Shown here piece after piece: positions 40,130-54,034 of a DNA stretch of 64,000 nucleotides (position 1 is the stretch's first letter; the number at the start of each line of letters is the position of its first letter). The translations under genes and the position numbers were made by a program. The DNA is taken from NCBI GenBank assembly GCA_964016885.1, contig OZ024741.1, forward strand, positions 206,274,001-206,338,000, in the 5' to 3' direction. The notes beneath the pieces were generated by a model, which ran no database searches, had not been told where the DNA came from, and saw only the letters and a program-made list of their open reading frames with translations. The stretch comes from Eledone cirrhosa. Lineage: Eukaryota.

Positions 40130-40660
40130 ATAATTGTTTAAATGTTTGGCACAAGGCCAGCAATTATCCCTGTGCATTACTGGTACTTTATTTTATCAAC
40201 CTCGTGAGGATAAAAGGCAAAGTTAACCTCGGCGCTAATTTGAACTCAGATCGTAAAGGGCCATAACTCCAAGTTGCAAAGCATGGCGTCCGACGCTCTA
40301 TAATAAATATAAAATCCAATACCCAGAGAGGACGCGGTAAGAGTTATATATATATATATATGTATATATGTAAACCTTTAGATAATCTCGATTAGGGTGA
40401 AAGCAGAAATTGTTTGCTTAAACTTGTAATCTGTATTAATAATGATAATAATGACTTTTACTATAGGCACAAGGCCAGCAATTTTGGGGGAGGGGAAAGT
40501 CGATTAAATCGTCTCCAGTGCGTTGCTGGTGCTTCATTTCATCAACCCCGTAAGGAAGAAAGGCAAAGCTAACCTCGGCGGGATTTGAAGTGCAAAGGGC
40601 AATAACTCTATGTTGCAAATCCTATTGTCGGACGCTTTTCCGATACTGCCAATCCACCTC
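40130..40660 (-). mobile_element. Two tRNA-derived SINE copies (~40130-40300 and ~40445-40660)
   Basis: Both contain GGCACAAGGCCAGCAATT..AAAGGCAAAG(T/C)TAACCTCGGCG, matching the major SINE family. Confidence 0.8.
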
Positions 40661-41359
40661 AGTTAAAAGATGATGGAAGTATTTCGTTAAAGACTCCTTA
40701 GCTTAATGGCTAAAGCGTCTAGCCGGTATCTGGAGCATAAGAGTTCCAATTTTTCATAGCGGACGATGGCAACTTCTTTTTCCGTCTTTTATAGGGTGTT
40801 CATCCTATTTTATAAACTATCATTATAGCATTTCTGTACTTGAGCACTTTCTTTATACTTATATATATTCATTCGTGTATGTGTTGGTTAATCACCGACA
40901 CTTTATATATATAAGTATGAGAATAGCTCAATGTAAAATATCGTGAACAAGTGATTAAATGTTTTAAACACTCTTTCATTGTTACTTATAATATATGTGT
41001 GTGTGTGTGTGTGTGTGTGCGTGTGTGTGTGGTGTGTGTGTGTGTGTGTGTATTCATGTGTGTGTGTATGTGTGAGTTGGATCCTCTTCCTGTAAGTTGG
41101 CTTTGTTTCCAACCGACACTTGTACCCTTAACGTAATTTCCAAGAGAGAAATGAGGAAGATATCAGATAGATAGGTGAATTAATAAAGATGGTATTCCCA
41201 AAGAATTTATAAATCTATCTGTTAGACACGCAGTGACTAACAACAGAATCTTTTAAGTCTGCGTGTTCTGATGACATATATGCGTAGCTTGTGAATAATA
41301 AATTTAAGGGGTTTCGTTGGCTGTGGTGATCCCTGCCAAACATCTTTTGTAATGTATCG

Positions 41360-41510
41360 TCTTATTGGCTAATTTCATCAACCAATGAGAGTAATTGTTG
41401 CTCAAAAGCATCCGCCACTTTGTTTGCACGTTTATTTATCGTTTCGCTTTCGAATCTTCCTCCGGTATTTCGTCGTTTAACATCAAAATATTTTTACCGT
41501 TTTGGTAAGT
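41360..41510 (+). promoter_or_regulatory. Putative promoter and non-coding first exon ending at a splice donor
   Basis: ATTGG (41364) and CCAAT (41382), YY1-like CCGCCACTTT, a local CpG cluster in AT-rich unique DNA, and TTG|GTAAGT at 41504/41505. Confidence 0.4.
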
Positions 41511-41758
41511 TATATTCTTAATTTATATATGATTTTTATATTTATATTAACTATTCTTTTTCAGTTCCTTATAACATGCTTATAATATTGGTTGTATCAT
41601 ATTTACTTGTATATTTGTCCATATTATTGTTCGTTTTATGTTAGATTATTTTATTATTATTATGTTAGATTATTTTTTAATTATTATGTTAGACTATTTG
41701 TATGTAATATTTAATTTTTATTAATTCAACTATAACAATTATTATGTAAAATATGTTT

Positions 41759-41946
41759 GGGTGGTCGATTGGCAGTATCGGTAGAGGGTCGGACGCCATG
41801 CTTTCACGTATAGAGTTACGCCCCTTTATGATCTGAGTTCAAATCCCGCCGAGGTTAACTTTGCCTTTCATCCTTACGGGGTCGATAAAATAAAGTACCA
41901 GTAATGCACTGGGATAATTACTGGCCTTGTGCCAAAAGTAGAAACA
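41759..41946 (+). mobile_element. Full-length tRNA-derived SINE with an 18-bp TSD
   Basis: ATTATGTAAAATATGTTT flanks both sides (41741-41758 and 41947-41964), and A/B-box-like motifs are present. Confidence 0.92.
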
Positions 41947-42159
41947 ATTATGTAAAATATGTTTATTTAATATTGATTGTTTTTTGTAGTTGTTTATATT
42001 AAAAGTCTGAAAATATTTGTATACATCTTACAATAATATTTATAAGATCATTTATAAAATAACAATTATATATTCTAATTACATTACAACGATAATTTAT
42101 TATTAATATATATCATGTTTAACTAGAGTTATTACAAGCGTTGCCTAAAAAAAATATCA

Positions 42160-42557
42160 AACTAGACCTGAAAAGTGCGCAAGCTCAAAAGAGCCACACA
42201 ATGTTATAATAAACCTTCAAAAGTGTGGGACTAGAGTTGTTGCTCAAAAATATTGTAATCATTATCTATCGTACACTCTGTGGCATCCTTTTATACAAAA
42301 AGAATCACATAACAAACTCAAGACGACACGATAATTATTTAAGCTAATGTTCAATATCTCATATTAGATGTTTAGTAATGATTAATACGAAATGCACTTA
42401 AACCGTTATGAGTCTCTTTTTTATAAATGGATGCCACAGAGTGTACGATAGATAATGATTACAATATTTTTGAGCAACAACTCTAGTTCCACACTTTTGA
42501 AGGTTTATTATAACATTCTATGGCTCTTTTGAGCTTGCGCATTTTTCAGGTCTAGTT
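42160..42557. repeat. Inverted repeat with ~143-bp arms (42160-42302 and 42415-42557)
   Basis: AACTAGACCTGAAAA..GGCATCC pairs with GGATGCC..TTTTCAGGTCTAGTT. Confidence 0.9.
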
Positions 42558-43600
42558 ATATATAGATAAATCTAATGGGCAAAGATAAAATAGTTTTCGA
42601 AATCTTATTATTACCTATCGAATAATTAATGGAAACGGGGTGTTTCTTCCCCATACATCCATTTCTCACTTAACTGTTCTGTTATTTCATAAACTCTCAG
42701 AGAATATAAGGCAACACCACTTACTGTTATCTTTCCAAGCAGTTTATTGATAAAGTGACGCTATATAATCCGAGGAAACTGTTTAATCTTCGTCAGTAAA
42801 TAGTAAAAATAAACAGTTCGTAAGGTGGAAAATATTAGAATTACGTGTAAAAACTGACCAGGTTTGACCCTTCTTCTGATATTAATCAATGCTGTTGCTG
42901 AGTTATTGTTAATTTTGTTTCGGGTAGTTCGCTAATTCTTTTTCACTTAAGGCATTTGAAATGCTGATTCATTTTTCCTGATCTCACTTTTCCTTTTCAT
43001 TTTCATATTTCTCATCTGATACACGCTACCACAGATAAATTATTTTCAAAATATACAAGCAACCGTTAATTATTTGATTCTACTCATCAGTTAATCTGCT
43101 ACGAATAGCAGTCAAATCTCCCTCAAATTGCACACAGCAATCATATACAATCAAGACATAATGGATAATATAAAGCGGAATATACGATATCTGAAATATA
43201 AGACCACTCGTATATTGAAAGAACTGTAATATCTTTGATCGTAATTCAGGGGCTTAGAAAACAACAACATTTCAAAGGCCGACGAACTTCAGCCATCAAG
43301 TTCAATTAAAATTTGGCAAATTTAGCCAATTCAAACCAAAGCTGGCCAACGAATTCTAACCAGTTAAATGAACCAATTAAACCAATGATAGCCAATCGTT
43401 TGCAATGGTCAGAATTCGTCTTAGACTTAATTACATTGAGAGGTTGTTGGTGCAATTTATCTGTCCTTTCTAATTTATACATTCCACATTATTCTCAGTA
43501 GTGAATTCTAGTTGCATTATCTGGACTTCTCTTAGTTCTTCGGAGATAATTGATTACATTTGCCAATAAAATAATGTACCTTTTCACAGTTTATACATTC

Positions 43601-44171
43601 TAATAATTGTTTCTACTTTTGGCAAAAGGCCAGCAATTACCCCAGTGTATTACTGGTACTTTATTTTATTCACCCCATAAGGATGACAGGCAAAGTTAAC
43701 CTCGGCGGGATTGGAACTCAGATCATAAAGGGCCGTAACTCTTTGCTGCAAAGCATGGCGTCAGACCCTCTACCGATACTGCCATTCCACCACCCTTTTA
43801 TACATTCTAATAATTGTTTCTACTTTTGGAACAAGGCCAGCAATTACCCAGTACATTACTGGTAATTTATTTTATCGACCCCGTAAGGATGAAAGGCAAA
43901 GTTAACCTCGGCGGGATTTGAACTCAGAATGGCAAGGGCCGTAACTCTATGCGTCAAAGCATAAAGTTCGATCCTCTATCGATACTGCCAAATAATTGTT
44001 TCTACTTTAGGCACAAGGCCATCAATTACCCAGTGCATTACTGGTACTTTATTTTATCGACCCCGTAAGGATGAAAGGCAAAGTCAACCTCGGCGGGATT
44101 TGAACTCAGATCGTAAAGGGACGTAACTATGCTGGAAAGCATGGCGTCCGACCCTCTACTGATACTGCCAA
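43601..44171 (-). mobile_element. Three tandem tRNA-derived SINE copies
   Basis: Head-to-tail ~185-bp units start near 43601, 43810 and 43992. TTATACATTCTAATAATTG is duplicated around the first. Confidence 0.92.
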
Positions 44172-46987
44172 ATAATGAAGATATTGTAGGTTTATACAAT
44201 AAGATTTAATATGGGATATGATGCAAATATTAGGATTACAGTCTCAGACTTTCGGAACCATTTTCTTACCTTTGGCTATCAATTATCCAAACAACCACGC
44301 GTTCATTCATCTTCCATCCTAAAATATATGTCCATATATATTGATGTACTAATAATAAAACTTCAGTTGCTGATATGTGTGGGGGGCTGGGGGCGTGTGT
44401 GTCTGTGTATGTGCGTGCGCGCGCGCGCGCGCGCGTGTGTGTGTGTGTAAAATATATAGGATTTGGTTGGGCTATTAGCTGAAGCTTTTCTATCTAGTGT
44501 TGCTTTGTTTTGTTTTCTATATTGTAACGCACTATGATGATTCGTTGTAAATATATATGTTTAGGCGCCGAAAAGTATTGCAGTTTTGTGGTAGTTTGAA
44601 CCTTTTGATTAATGATGTTGAAAACTGCCATGTTTTGGTTGCCTGAAGTATGTTAAATGGTATTCATATTTGTGTTTTGCGTTGATGGGGACGTAATTAA
44701 AGTTCTTGCTTTTGTTTTTGTTTCTTTTTTTTAAATATATTCCTATTATTTATTTGTGATTAAGTGTGATACAGTAAAATACTCTTGGACTTTGTCGATT
44801 CAGTGAGATAGCGTTCAAGTTGATTGCTCAGCAGAACAGTTTTCTCGTGAAGTAAACGTGTAAGTGGTTGAGCATTGCATAGACACATGCTGTCATACCA
44901 TAGTTCTCAATGAGAAACAGCGTGCCACAGAGTCTGATAAGATTAGCTCTTTGAATTGTGGGTACGATTCACTATTGCCAATTATGTGGACTAAAACAAC
45001 GCCAAATAAAATGTCTGATTAATGAACACAACGTGCAGCCCGATCCAGGAATCGAACTCAACATTTTACGATCATGAGTCCAATACACTAACCATTAAAT
45101 CACGCGCTTTCATAATTGTTTCTACTTTAGGCACAACATTACAGTACATGGCGATACAAACGACGAACCAAAATTTGACAATCATTAGTTTATAGAACAA
45201 AAACGTTATATGGAATTCCACTAAAACGAAAAAATAGAATATTAGCAATGGATATTTTATTAATAGTAAAATATAAATGGCTGAAGGAATATAATGTTAT
45301 ACGATTGAGTGATTAGGTAAGACCCAGCGTACAAATAAATAGTGGACAAAGGGTTATTTATAGTGAATTATGGATGTGTGGGACGTGAGTGAGTTGATGG
45401 GTTGTAAGGATGAGAGAAGAAGGCCGAAGATCGAGAATAAGGTCGCTGGTGAGAGGATGAAAAAACAACAACCAAGGATTCGATGTGATTGCATGCTGAC
45501 TGTGAGGGGAGGAGTAGATTATAACGTTGTTAGGAAAAGAGGTGATTCGTAAGAGTTGTGACAGCAGGAAAGCGATGCGATTGATGTAGTAGCAGTGTAG
45601 TGTGATCTAACAAATAACAGACACCAAGACACATGACGTATAATATTATCGTATTTGTCAAAGAAAAGAAACATTTGATAAAGTAGTCCAACATGTGTTA
45701 TAATGTGACCTTCTCTTCAGTTTATGTGTATTACTCGTTTGGGTGTACTAAGATATATCTTGCGGTGTTTGTTTCAGATTTGTGCGTTCTGAGTTTAAAT
45801 CCTGATGAGTCAACTTTGCCTTTCAACCTTTCAGGAACAGTGGAATATCGTAGCAGTCCATGGCGGTGGATCGGTGGATTTGCTAGATTGCCCTGTGGTA
45901 TTTGTTCTGGTAATAAAGTACTGGTCCATGGCGGTTGATGGGGGATTTGTTGCATTACCTTGTTTGTTCTGACTTCTTGCGTTCTGAGTTCAAATTCCGC
46001 TGCGTTGTACTTAGACCATTGATCCTTTAAGAGACCGCTCTGTTAAAGGCATCAAACTAGATGTCTGATTTAAGGGTACCTTGCTCATTCTCTCTTAACC
46101 AGAAATGTCGGATACCCTAAAAGGGTGCACGGGTACTATTTTTTCTCATTGACAAATTCAATTAGACTATGTAATCTCCTATATGTTAAAACTAACACAG
46201 TGTATTATTGTATGTTGTGTAATATCTTTGAATACTTTAAATGACATAGTCAGGATTTTGAGTGTCCAAAATTGGCGGAATGATAAAGTGAAAGGTATGC
46301 TTAAATCGGATTCTTGGTCCGAATGCTTACAACAGCGTGGATTCATTTAAATGTATTGATATTGATACTCGAATTTAGGATGCACCATTCTATTTATTGT
46401 TGATGTTGTTTAGACCTGTGTTACATCTATGATCAGCACATCTATGATCAGAGGTATTCTAATCGTCACCATTCCATCACATTACAACACATGTAGGACT
46501 ACATTCTCAAATATCTCTTTTCTTTTACAAATACAATACTGTTTGTAGGGAATTTGACTGCTATTGCTAACAGTTGCAGTTCACACATAGATGCTCCATT
46601 CTCTGATAGAATAGTCACTATATGTTGTGTTTGGTCATTTGGAATACTAAAAATAGTAGCAAGATCTACGTCAGCTCTCATCGTACCACGCCGTTTTAAC
46701 AATGAACCAGTACAAATGCACCACAAAACAAACAAAAACAAGATGTAGTAGAAGGTTAAGACCAGGATAAAGAGAAGGCACATAACGGATAGTCAATGAG
46801 GCGGTCATAGAATATGTGATCAAAGAACTTTAATAAACGAATGATAACGAACAATAATGGTAACGATAAAGTGAAAATCATATGGCAATATGACCATCCC
46901 GAAATATATATATATCCCCAATATATATATATATATTTAAGTTATTCCGGGTTGAATCGGAGGCAACCACAGGAAGTAAGGTACTCA

Positions 46988-47103
46988 ATATAGAAGAGCT
47001 TCTACAGGACTAGAACTGTTTCATTCATGAGAAATCATCAGGAAGCTCATGAGCTTCCTGATGATTTCTCATGAATGAAACAGTTCTAGTCCTGTAGAAG
47101 CTC

Positions 47104-47111
<8 letters not shown>
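46988..47111. repeat. Perfect palindrome with one intact HHR per arm
   Basis: The centre lies between 47049 and 47050 and the arms are exact reverse complements. Confidence 0.95.
47051..47103 (+). ncRNA. Type I hammerhead ribozyme (mirror copy at 46996-47048 on the - strand)
   Basis: GAGCTTC-CTGATGA-TTTCTCATGAAT-GAA-ACAG TTCTAGTC CTGT-A^GAAGCTC: 7-bp stem I, 4-bp stem III and GUA site at 47094-47096. Confidence 0.88.
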
Positions 47112-47175
<64 letters not shown>

Positions 47176-47177
<2 letters not shown>

Positions 47178-47692
47178 TACTGTACGTCTGTATACATATA
47201 TGTACGTACGTATACATACTTACATTTAAGTAACTGCCGTACTAAGAGTGAGAAATGAAATTTCGTTTCATTTTTTTCCATTTATCGATATCGGTGCACC
47301 CGGCCGACTAAACTCACTCGATATGCAAATTAGGCTGCTCAGCCGTTAATATGCATAAGGAAAGTATATACTTTCAGACGTTCAATCAACTGGCAGGAAG
47401 GTATACGATGCTGACGATAGCTAATAAGCTTGAAACTAGTACACCGTTCCTTTGTCAGTGTTTAACAAAAGGGTAACGATGGTTGCTAAACACTGTATGG
47501 CTTAATTCGGGCTGTTTGTTTACAAACAAACCGAACATTATAATAAATGTTCGGTAAACCGATACGTACATATATATATGTGTACATGTACGTCTGTATA
47601 CATATATGTATGTACGTATACATACATACATATATTTAAGTATCAGCCGTACTAAGAGTGAGAAATGAAATTTCGTTTCATTTTTTCCATTT
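47176..47692 (+). repeat. HHR family A, ~1.25 tandem units (period ~410 bp); HHR at 47405-47447
   Basis: ..TTTCGTTTCATTTTTTCCAT ends at ~47281 and 47690. HHR reads ACGATG-CTGACGA-TAGCTAATAAGCTT-GAAACTAGTA^CACCGT. Confidence 0.88.
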
Positions 47693-47700
47693 ATATATAT

Positions 47701-47892
47701 ATAACAAAGGAATTATTGTAAGGAACCAGATGTACCATGACGCACCAGAGTACTCAATACTTAGAGTATCAAAGTGGGAAATACGAAAAAGTATGACCTC
47801 GACGGCAGAGCTCAAGCCGTTTCGACGGCTATATCTGGACTCGAAATAGCCGTCGAACCGGCTTAAGCTCTGCCGTCGGGGTCTAACATTTT

Positions 47893-47897
<5 letters not shown>
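47701..47897. repeat. HHR family B fold-back insertion
   Basis: Same architecture as 33401-33598. Confidence 0.8.
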
Positions 47898-47961
<64 letters not shown>

Positions 47962-48111
47962 TTATTAAAATAACAGATTAAAGTTTAAGCAAAAGAATCG
48001 CTGCTTTCACCCTTGACGGGATCTTCTGAAACTAAAAAAGTCAATCTGTGAACGCTGAAGTAAATATCTCAAAAAACGTTGCAACCGAAGGAAGACAGGA
48101 AGACGATAGTT

Positions 48112-48390
48112 TGGTTCGTTGAAACGTTCCCTGGCAAAGAACGAAAAAAAAACCCGAAGATAATACGTCATTATTTGGTGCAGGAAAACAATTACATCGA
48201 CAACACCACGTTTATGGTATAAATGAAGTCGTAGACTAATATTCTATTAGGTGGTTCATGGAGACGTTCTCTGGCAATGAACGGAAAAAACGAAGATAAC
48301 ACGTCATATGTGGAGCAATGAGAACAATTACACGCAAAGACAAAACCACGTAAATGGTATAACTGAAGTCGTAGACTAAAATTCTATTTA
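48112..48390. repeat. Two diverged direct repeats of ~140 bp
   Basis: GGTTC..ACGTTC(C/T)CTGGCAA..GAAGTCGTAGACTAA..TTCTATT appears at ~48112 and ~48253. Confidence 0.75.
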
Positions 48391-48829
48391 GGAAACCGAA
48401 CGATTTTCGGCTTCAGAGTTAAGAATAAAGTTAATAAAATACAGAGATAATTGAAATTAAATATATACATACACACATCCATATACCTACATACACAAGC
48501 ATACGTGAAAACACTCCCCATGGGTTTGCAAAAACAAGCACGTACATAAAAAAACATACACACACACACGCACATACAGAATCCACGCAACGCCAACCGC
48601 ACACGTACGAACGAATACACCAAATACACATAAAAATAAATAAATAAAAACACACATATATACACATGTGTGTGCGTGTATACGTAATTAAATAAACGTA
48701 TATAAATATACACACATAAATACGTATACAACGCGCACACACAAACACCCTCTACGGTTCTTATATATCTGATATATATTTATCCTTATCGAGCCCTCTT
48801 TGGATTTTAGTCTTCAAATTTATTATTAT

Positions 48830-48866
<37 letters not shown>

Positions 48867-49141
48867 CATATATATAATATATATATATATACAAATATAT
48901 AAATGTAATCTGAGTTTTTCGATTAATAATAACATTCAATTCGTTTGCAATTATGCAATCAAGCCTCAATTATATAGCCACGTCAATAGAATGAACCCTT
49001 CATTCTTGCTCTTGTGTTGGCATGTGAACAGAACTGCAGACACTAATGTTTTTGAGTATCACCCTTCATCAGTACAGCTCACTGTTCTGCCAAACTGTCA
49101 GAGCTAGTGAAAATATATGCTATTTTCAAAAATACACAGTG

Positions 49142-49250
49142 ACTGATCGGCCTGATTTGCATATTAGCAGACCGGCTGATCAGTCAGATCTGCATATCAG
49201 CAGATCCACTGATCAGCCAGATTAGAATATCAGCAGACTGACCAATCAGT
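49142..49250. repeat. Short ~33-bp tandem repeat (about 3 units)
   Basis: CTGATC(A/G)G..GAT..ATAT(C/T)AGCAGA is repeated. Confidence 0.6.
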
Positions 49251-49599
49251 TTTCTGTTTACGAGTGTTAAATGGCCGGCTTTGCCAAATTCAAATAAATA
49301 CACACACACAACACACACACACACACGCACGCACACACACACACAAGCACACAAATAAACATACATATCTTTACTTTCTTTATTCAATAGAAAATCTGAA
49401 TTCTGACACGCCAGCGAACTAACCATATTCACTGAACCAGAACAATTCTCCCATCCCTTTCTCTTGACCATTATCTTTCACTTATCATAAAATTCTCTAA
49501 AAAGGCTACAGAATGTATTTCCAAATAAGGGCACGAACATTTAATGAAAACTTGTTCACGTGACAGCCATAATTTCATTTATAACCAACCAAAAAAAAA

Positions 49600-50838
49600 G
49601 GTCCGCCATGTTCAAGAAAGAACATACATATTCACACATGCATCTTTAGTGTTTAGACTTGTGATGTACTTATATTGACAGAATCTTCCTTAGTATATGG
49701 GCAGTTCCCATTAGTACTATCTTTTGTATTTCTCCTATACGAGGGTTTCCTGGGATTTGCGATAAGTAATCATTAGACCCCTTAGGTATCATTCCCAGAA
49801 GCGCCTACAACCACTGGTATTGTTTTAGTTCTCAATTTCCACATGTTTCCAATTTCTATCTCCAGGTCCTGAGACTTGCTCAATTTTTCAAATGTTTTTA
49901 TAGATACATTCTTGTCTATTGGAACAGACATATCAATTAGCAGGCATACCCTCTTTTGAAAGTCTTTCAATATTATATCAGGTCTGTTTGCATATATTTT
50001 TCGGTCTGTTTGGATGTTAAAGTTCCACAAGATTGAGATGTGATCTTTTTCAAGTATGGGAGGTGGTTGATGCTCCCACCAATTCTTTTGATGGGGCAGG
50101 TCAAAATGCTTACACATTATCCAATGTATGTATTGTGCAGCTCTGTCATGCCTGTTTAGGTATTCGGTTGGAGCTATAGGACTGCACATTGAAATTATAT
50201 GGTCAATGGTCTCTGGTTGTTTTTTGCATACACGGCATAATGGGCTGCACCCATTTTTTATTATGTTGGCTTGGTAATTTTTTGTTGGCAGACACTGATC
50301 TTGTGCCGATATAATCAGTTCTTCAGTCTCCGATTTCAGTCCAGAGGATGCCAACCACTGATGGGTTAAAGTTTTGTCAACATCAGGATTGTTAGCTCGC
50401 TCTGGGTATTTTCCATACAGAGGCTTTTCTTGCCATTTCTTAGCCAGTTTCTGTAGCAGTTCTTTCTTTGCAGTTACTTTTACCTGCTTTGCTTTTTCTG
50501 TGTTTTCCATTTCAGCAGTAAATGGGACTTCTGAAATTTGTAGTCCATTACTGTATCTTTGTGCATCTTTTGTAATGGAATATGATCTTTTGATGCTTTC
50601 GTGTTTCAAAACGAGTTTGATCATCCAATCATGTGATTCCCTTAGATATGTAGATAATCCAATTGTTGCAGTTTTCAACGCAATGTCTAACTGGATTAAC
50701 CCACGACCTCCTTCTTTCCTAGGGAGATATATTCTATCTATATCTGCCTTAGGGTGATGCATTCTGTGCATGGTTAAGAATTTTCGAATTTTTGTATCGA
50801 GCCTACGAGTTGATGACATTGTAACTGTAGGTTACTAC
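49600..50838 (-). mobile_element. Second, truncated copy of the 7546-11520 R4/Dong-like LINE
   Basis: Nearly identical to 7636-8880. ORF 49782-50819 reads through the region that is frameshifted in copy 1. Confidence 0.95.
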
Positions 50839-52200
50839 AATATTATTTTTATAACCAGCTTTATGTAAACATCATTATAATATACGACTTTACCATTAAA
50901 TATGGATCTATTAGTGGATAGTCTGGATATTCGTTGTTGTACACTGTTGACTATTGCATTCTTAACACTTTTAGGATGATTAGAATAAAAATTAACATCA
51001 TTTAAGTTCTCATTGAGTTCATGGAAAGGGTAATGAAGGCCTGAGTTACGTCTAAAAAATTCACTATTTTATTGTTATTTTCTACTGCTAATTTCAGGTC
51101 ATAATTTAATAAAAAATCTATAATTACTTTCTTTACTCTATTTAATTCACTATTATTGTGTTTTTCTACAATAAATAATATGTCGTGTCTAAATAAACCA
51201 CCGGTAATCTCCGGCAGTTTTCTATTTATGATGTTAAAGATGAAAATTCCCACAAGATCGGTAACTTGCGCCGAATCAGACGAGCTCATAGTAATATCAA
51301 AGTTCTTCTGCCTATCGGATTTAGTCCAAAGATCATTATTAAATTCTATCAATGTTCGCCTTGCAGTTAAAATAATATTTGTCTCATCACTAGACAGATC
51401 CGTGTGTTTATATGCATATGATAGCACCTTATTTAGTAGGTTAGGAGTTATTGAGGAATGTGCATTTGAATAAACTTCTGATTTTTTTTATTTTCTATAT
51501 TATTGAACCAATCTATGACTTCACTAGTGCCCTTCCATAGGTTTAGCCTTGATCTAAATTTAAGCGTTGGCAAAATCCTATCTATAATGTTTTTACTAAT
51601 TATTCCGAGATCTGATTTCGAAGGTGCAATAAGTCTAACAGGTAATTCTTCTTCAAAATTACTTTTATGGTCTTTAAAATTTATCCGTGGTTGCCTTGGT
51701 ATGAAGGGTTCGGTTTTCCGCTCTATTCCGAGATTAATGATAATTTCAAATGCATCATTATTAATATCCACTAAGTCTTCACTTGGGGCCTTATTGTAAT
51801 TTTTTCTAAATTCTTTTAAAATTAAGTCGTTATATTTTGATCTTTCAATCCCATATAGATTGTTTGTTTTGTCTGATTCCACTAATATTTTGTTTACTTT
51901 CTGTATGTCATTAATTTTTCCCGGTGGATTGGCAGTATCGGTAGAGGGTCGGACGCCATGCTTTCCAGCATAGATACGTCCCTTTACGATCTGAGTTCAA
52001 ATCCCGCCGAGGTTGACTTTGCCTTTCATCCTTACGGGGTCGATAAAATAAAGTACCAGTAATGCACTGGGTAATTGCTGGCCTTGTGCCTAAAGTAGAA
52101 ACAATTAATTTTTCCCTTTAGACCTCTAAGGTATTCTTGGCCTCTATAAGGTATTCTTGGCCTCTATAGAATAATTTAGCAGCTGCCAACATAGAGCCGG
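50839..52200 (-). mobile_element. Penelope-like reverse transcriptase fragment, interrupted by a SINE (51923-52103, 13-bp TSD ATTAATTTTTCCC)
   Basis: DKTNNLY, FKDHK.NF..RLIAPSKSDLG, W.GTSEVIDWF, FDITMSS.DSAQVTDLVG, decayed YRDD (FRHD) and NFLDVT. Confidence 0.88.
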
Positions 52201-52356
52201 TAAAATATTTCAAGCATTATACAAGTTTCGAAAGAAAATTGACAATTAATAATTTTTTATAATAATGTTTATAAATATATTTATATTTATAATTTTTGCC
52301 TTACCGGAGTAATAATGTATTTGATATATTATATTAGTATAATTTAGTATAATAAG

Positions 52357-52530
52357 GGCGGTGAATTGGCAGTATCGGTAGAGGGTTGGACGCCATGCTT
52401 TCTAGCATAGTTACGTCCCTTTACAGTCTGAGTTCAAATCCCGCCTATCATCCTTACGGGGTCGATAAAATAAAGTACCAGTAATGTACTGGGTATTTGC
52501 TGGCCTTGTGCCTAAAGTAGAAACAATTAT
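52357..52530 (+). mobile_element. tRNA-derived SINE with a small internal deletion
   Basis: GGCGGTGAATTGGCAGTATCGGTAGAG..GAGTTCAAATCCCGCC..GTAGAAACAATTA. Confidence 0.88.
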
Positions 52531-52969
52531 ATTAGTATAATTTGATATATTAGTATAATTAGCTTAACCATAACCAAATAGCAGAGATATTCCATGGTCT
52601 ATGGTAACTGATTGGTTGACCCAATTGACCTAATATTTGAAAACAAAGTTTTTTTCTATTCTTTTGTCGTTATTTCTTCTTTCTTTCTTCTTTTTCTTCT
52701 TTTTCTTCTTGTTTATATATATTTCTTCATCTTTTTCACCCATTCATTGAAATATGTATTTTTTTATTTTTTCTCTTTCTTTTTCTTATATATATATTTT
52801 TGCATATCCTCTTCTTTACACACTCTCTTATATCTCTAATTCGCTCCACGTCATTTTCTTCTTTAAGTTTATCATATTAAAATGTTGAGATTTGATGAAA
52901 TAAATCACTGCCAATACTGGAATTGAAATATCAAGATCGTAGAGGTATGTCATATATCAAATCATATAT

Positions 52970-53033
52970 TTTATCTGACGGGGACGTACGAGGAAAAAAA
53001 ACAACACAGTACCTTCGAAATATATATAATAAA
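52970..53033 (+). ncRNA. HHR family C-like motif with one core substitution
   Basis: TTTAT-CTGACGG-GGACGTAC..GTACCTTC-GAAATATATATA^ATAAA. Confidence 0.55.
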
Positions 53034-53097
53034 GCATATATTTTGATTATGTGAATATTTTCATTTGTTAATATTTTGAATAATATATATATATATA

Positions 53098-54034
<937 letters not shown>

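Noticed and set aside
43601-44171. Regular repeats as a possible CRISPR-like array or tRNA gene cluster
   Set aside because: The units are whole ~185-bp SINEs without unique spacers or complete cloverleafs, in a eukaryotic context.
45740-46010. Old SINE fragments with some A>G changes
   Set aside because: Too diverged to align by eye, so an editing signature cannot be supported.
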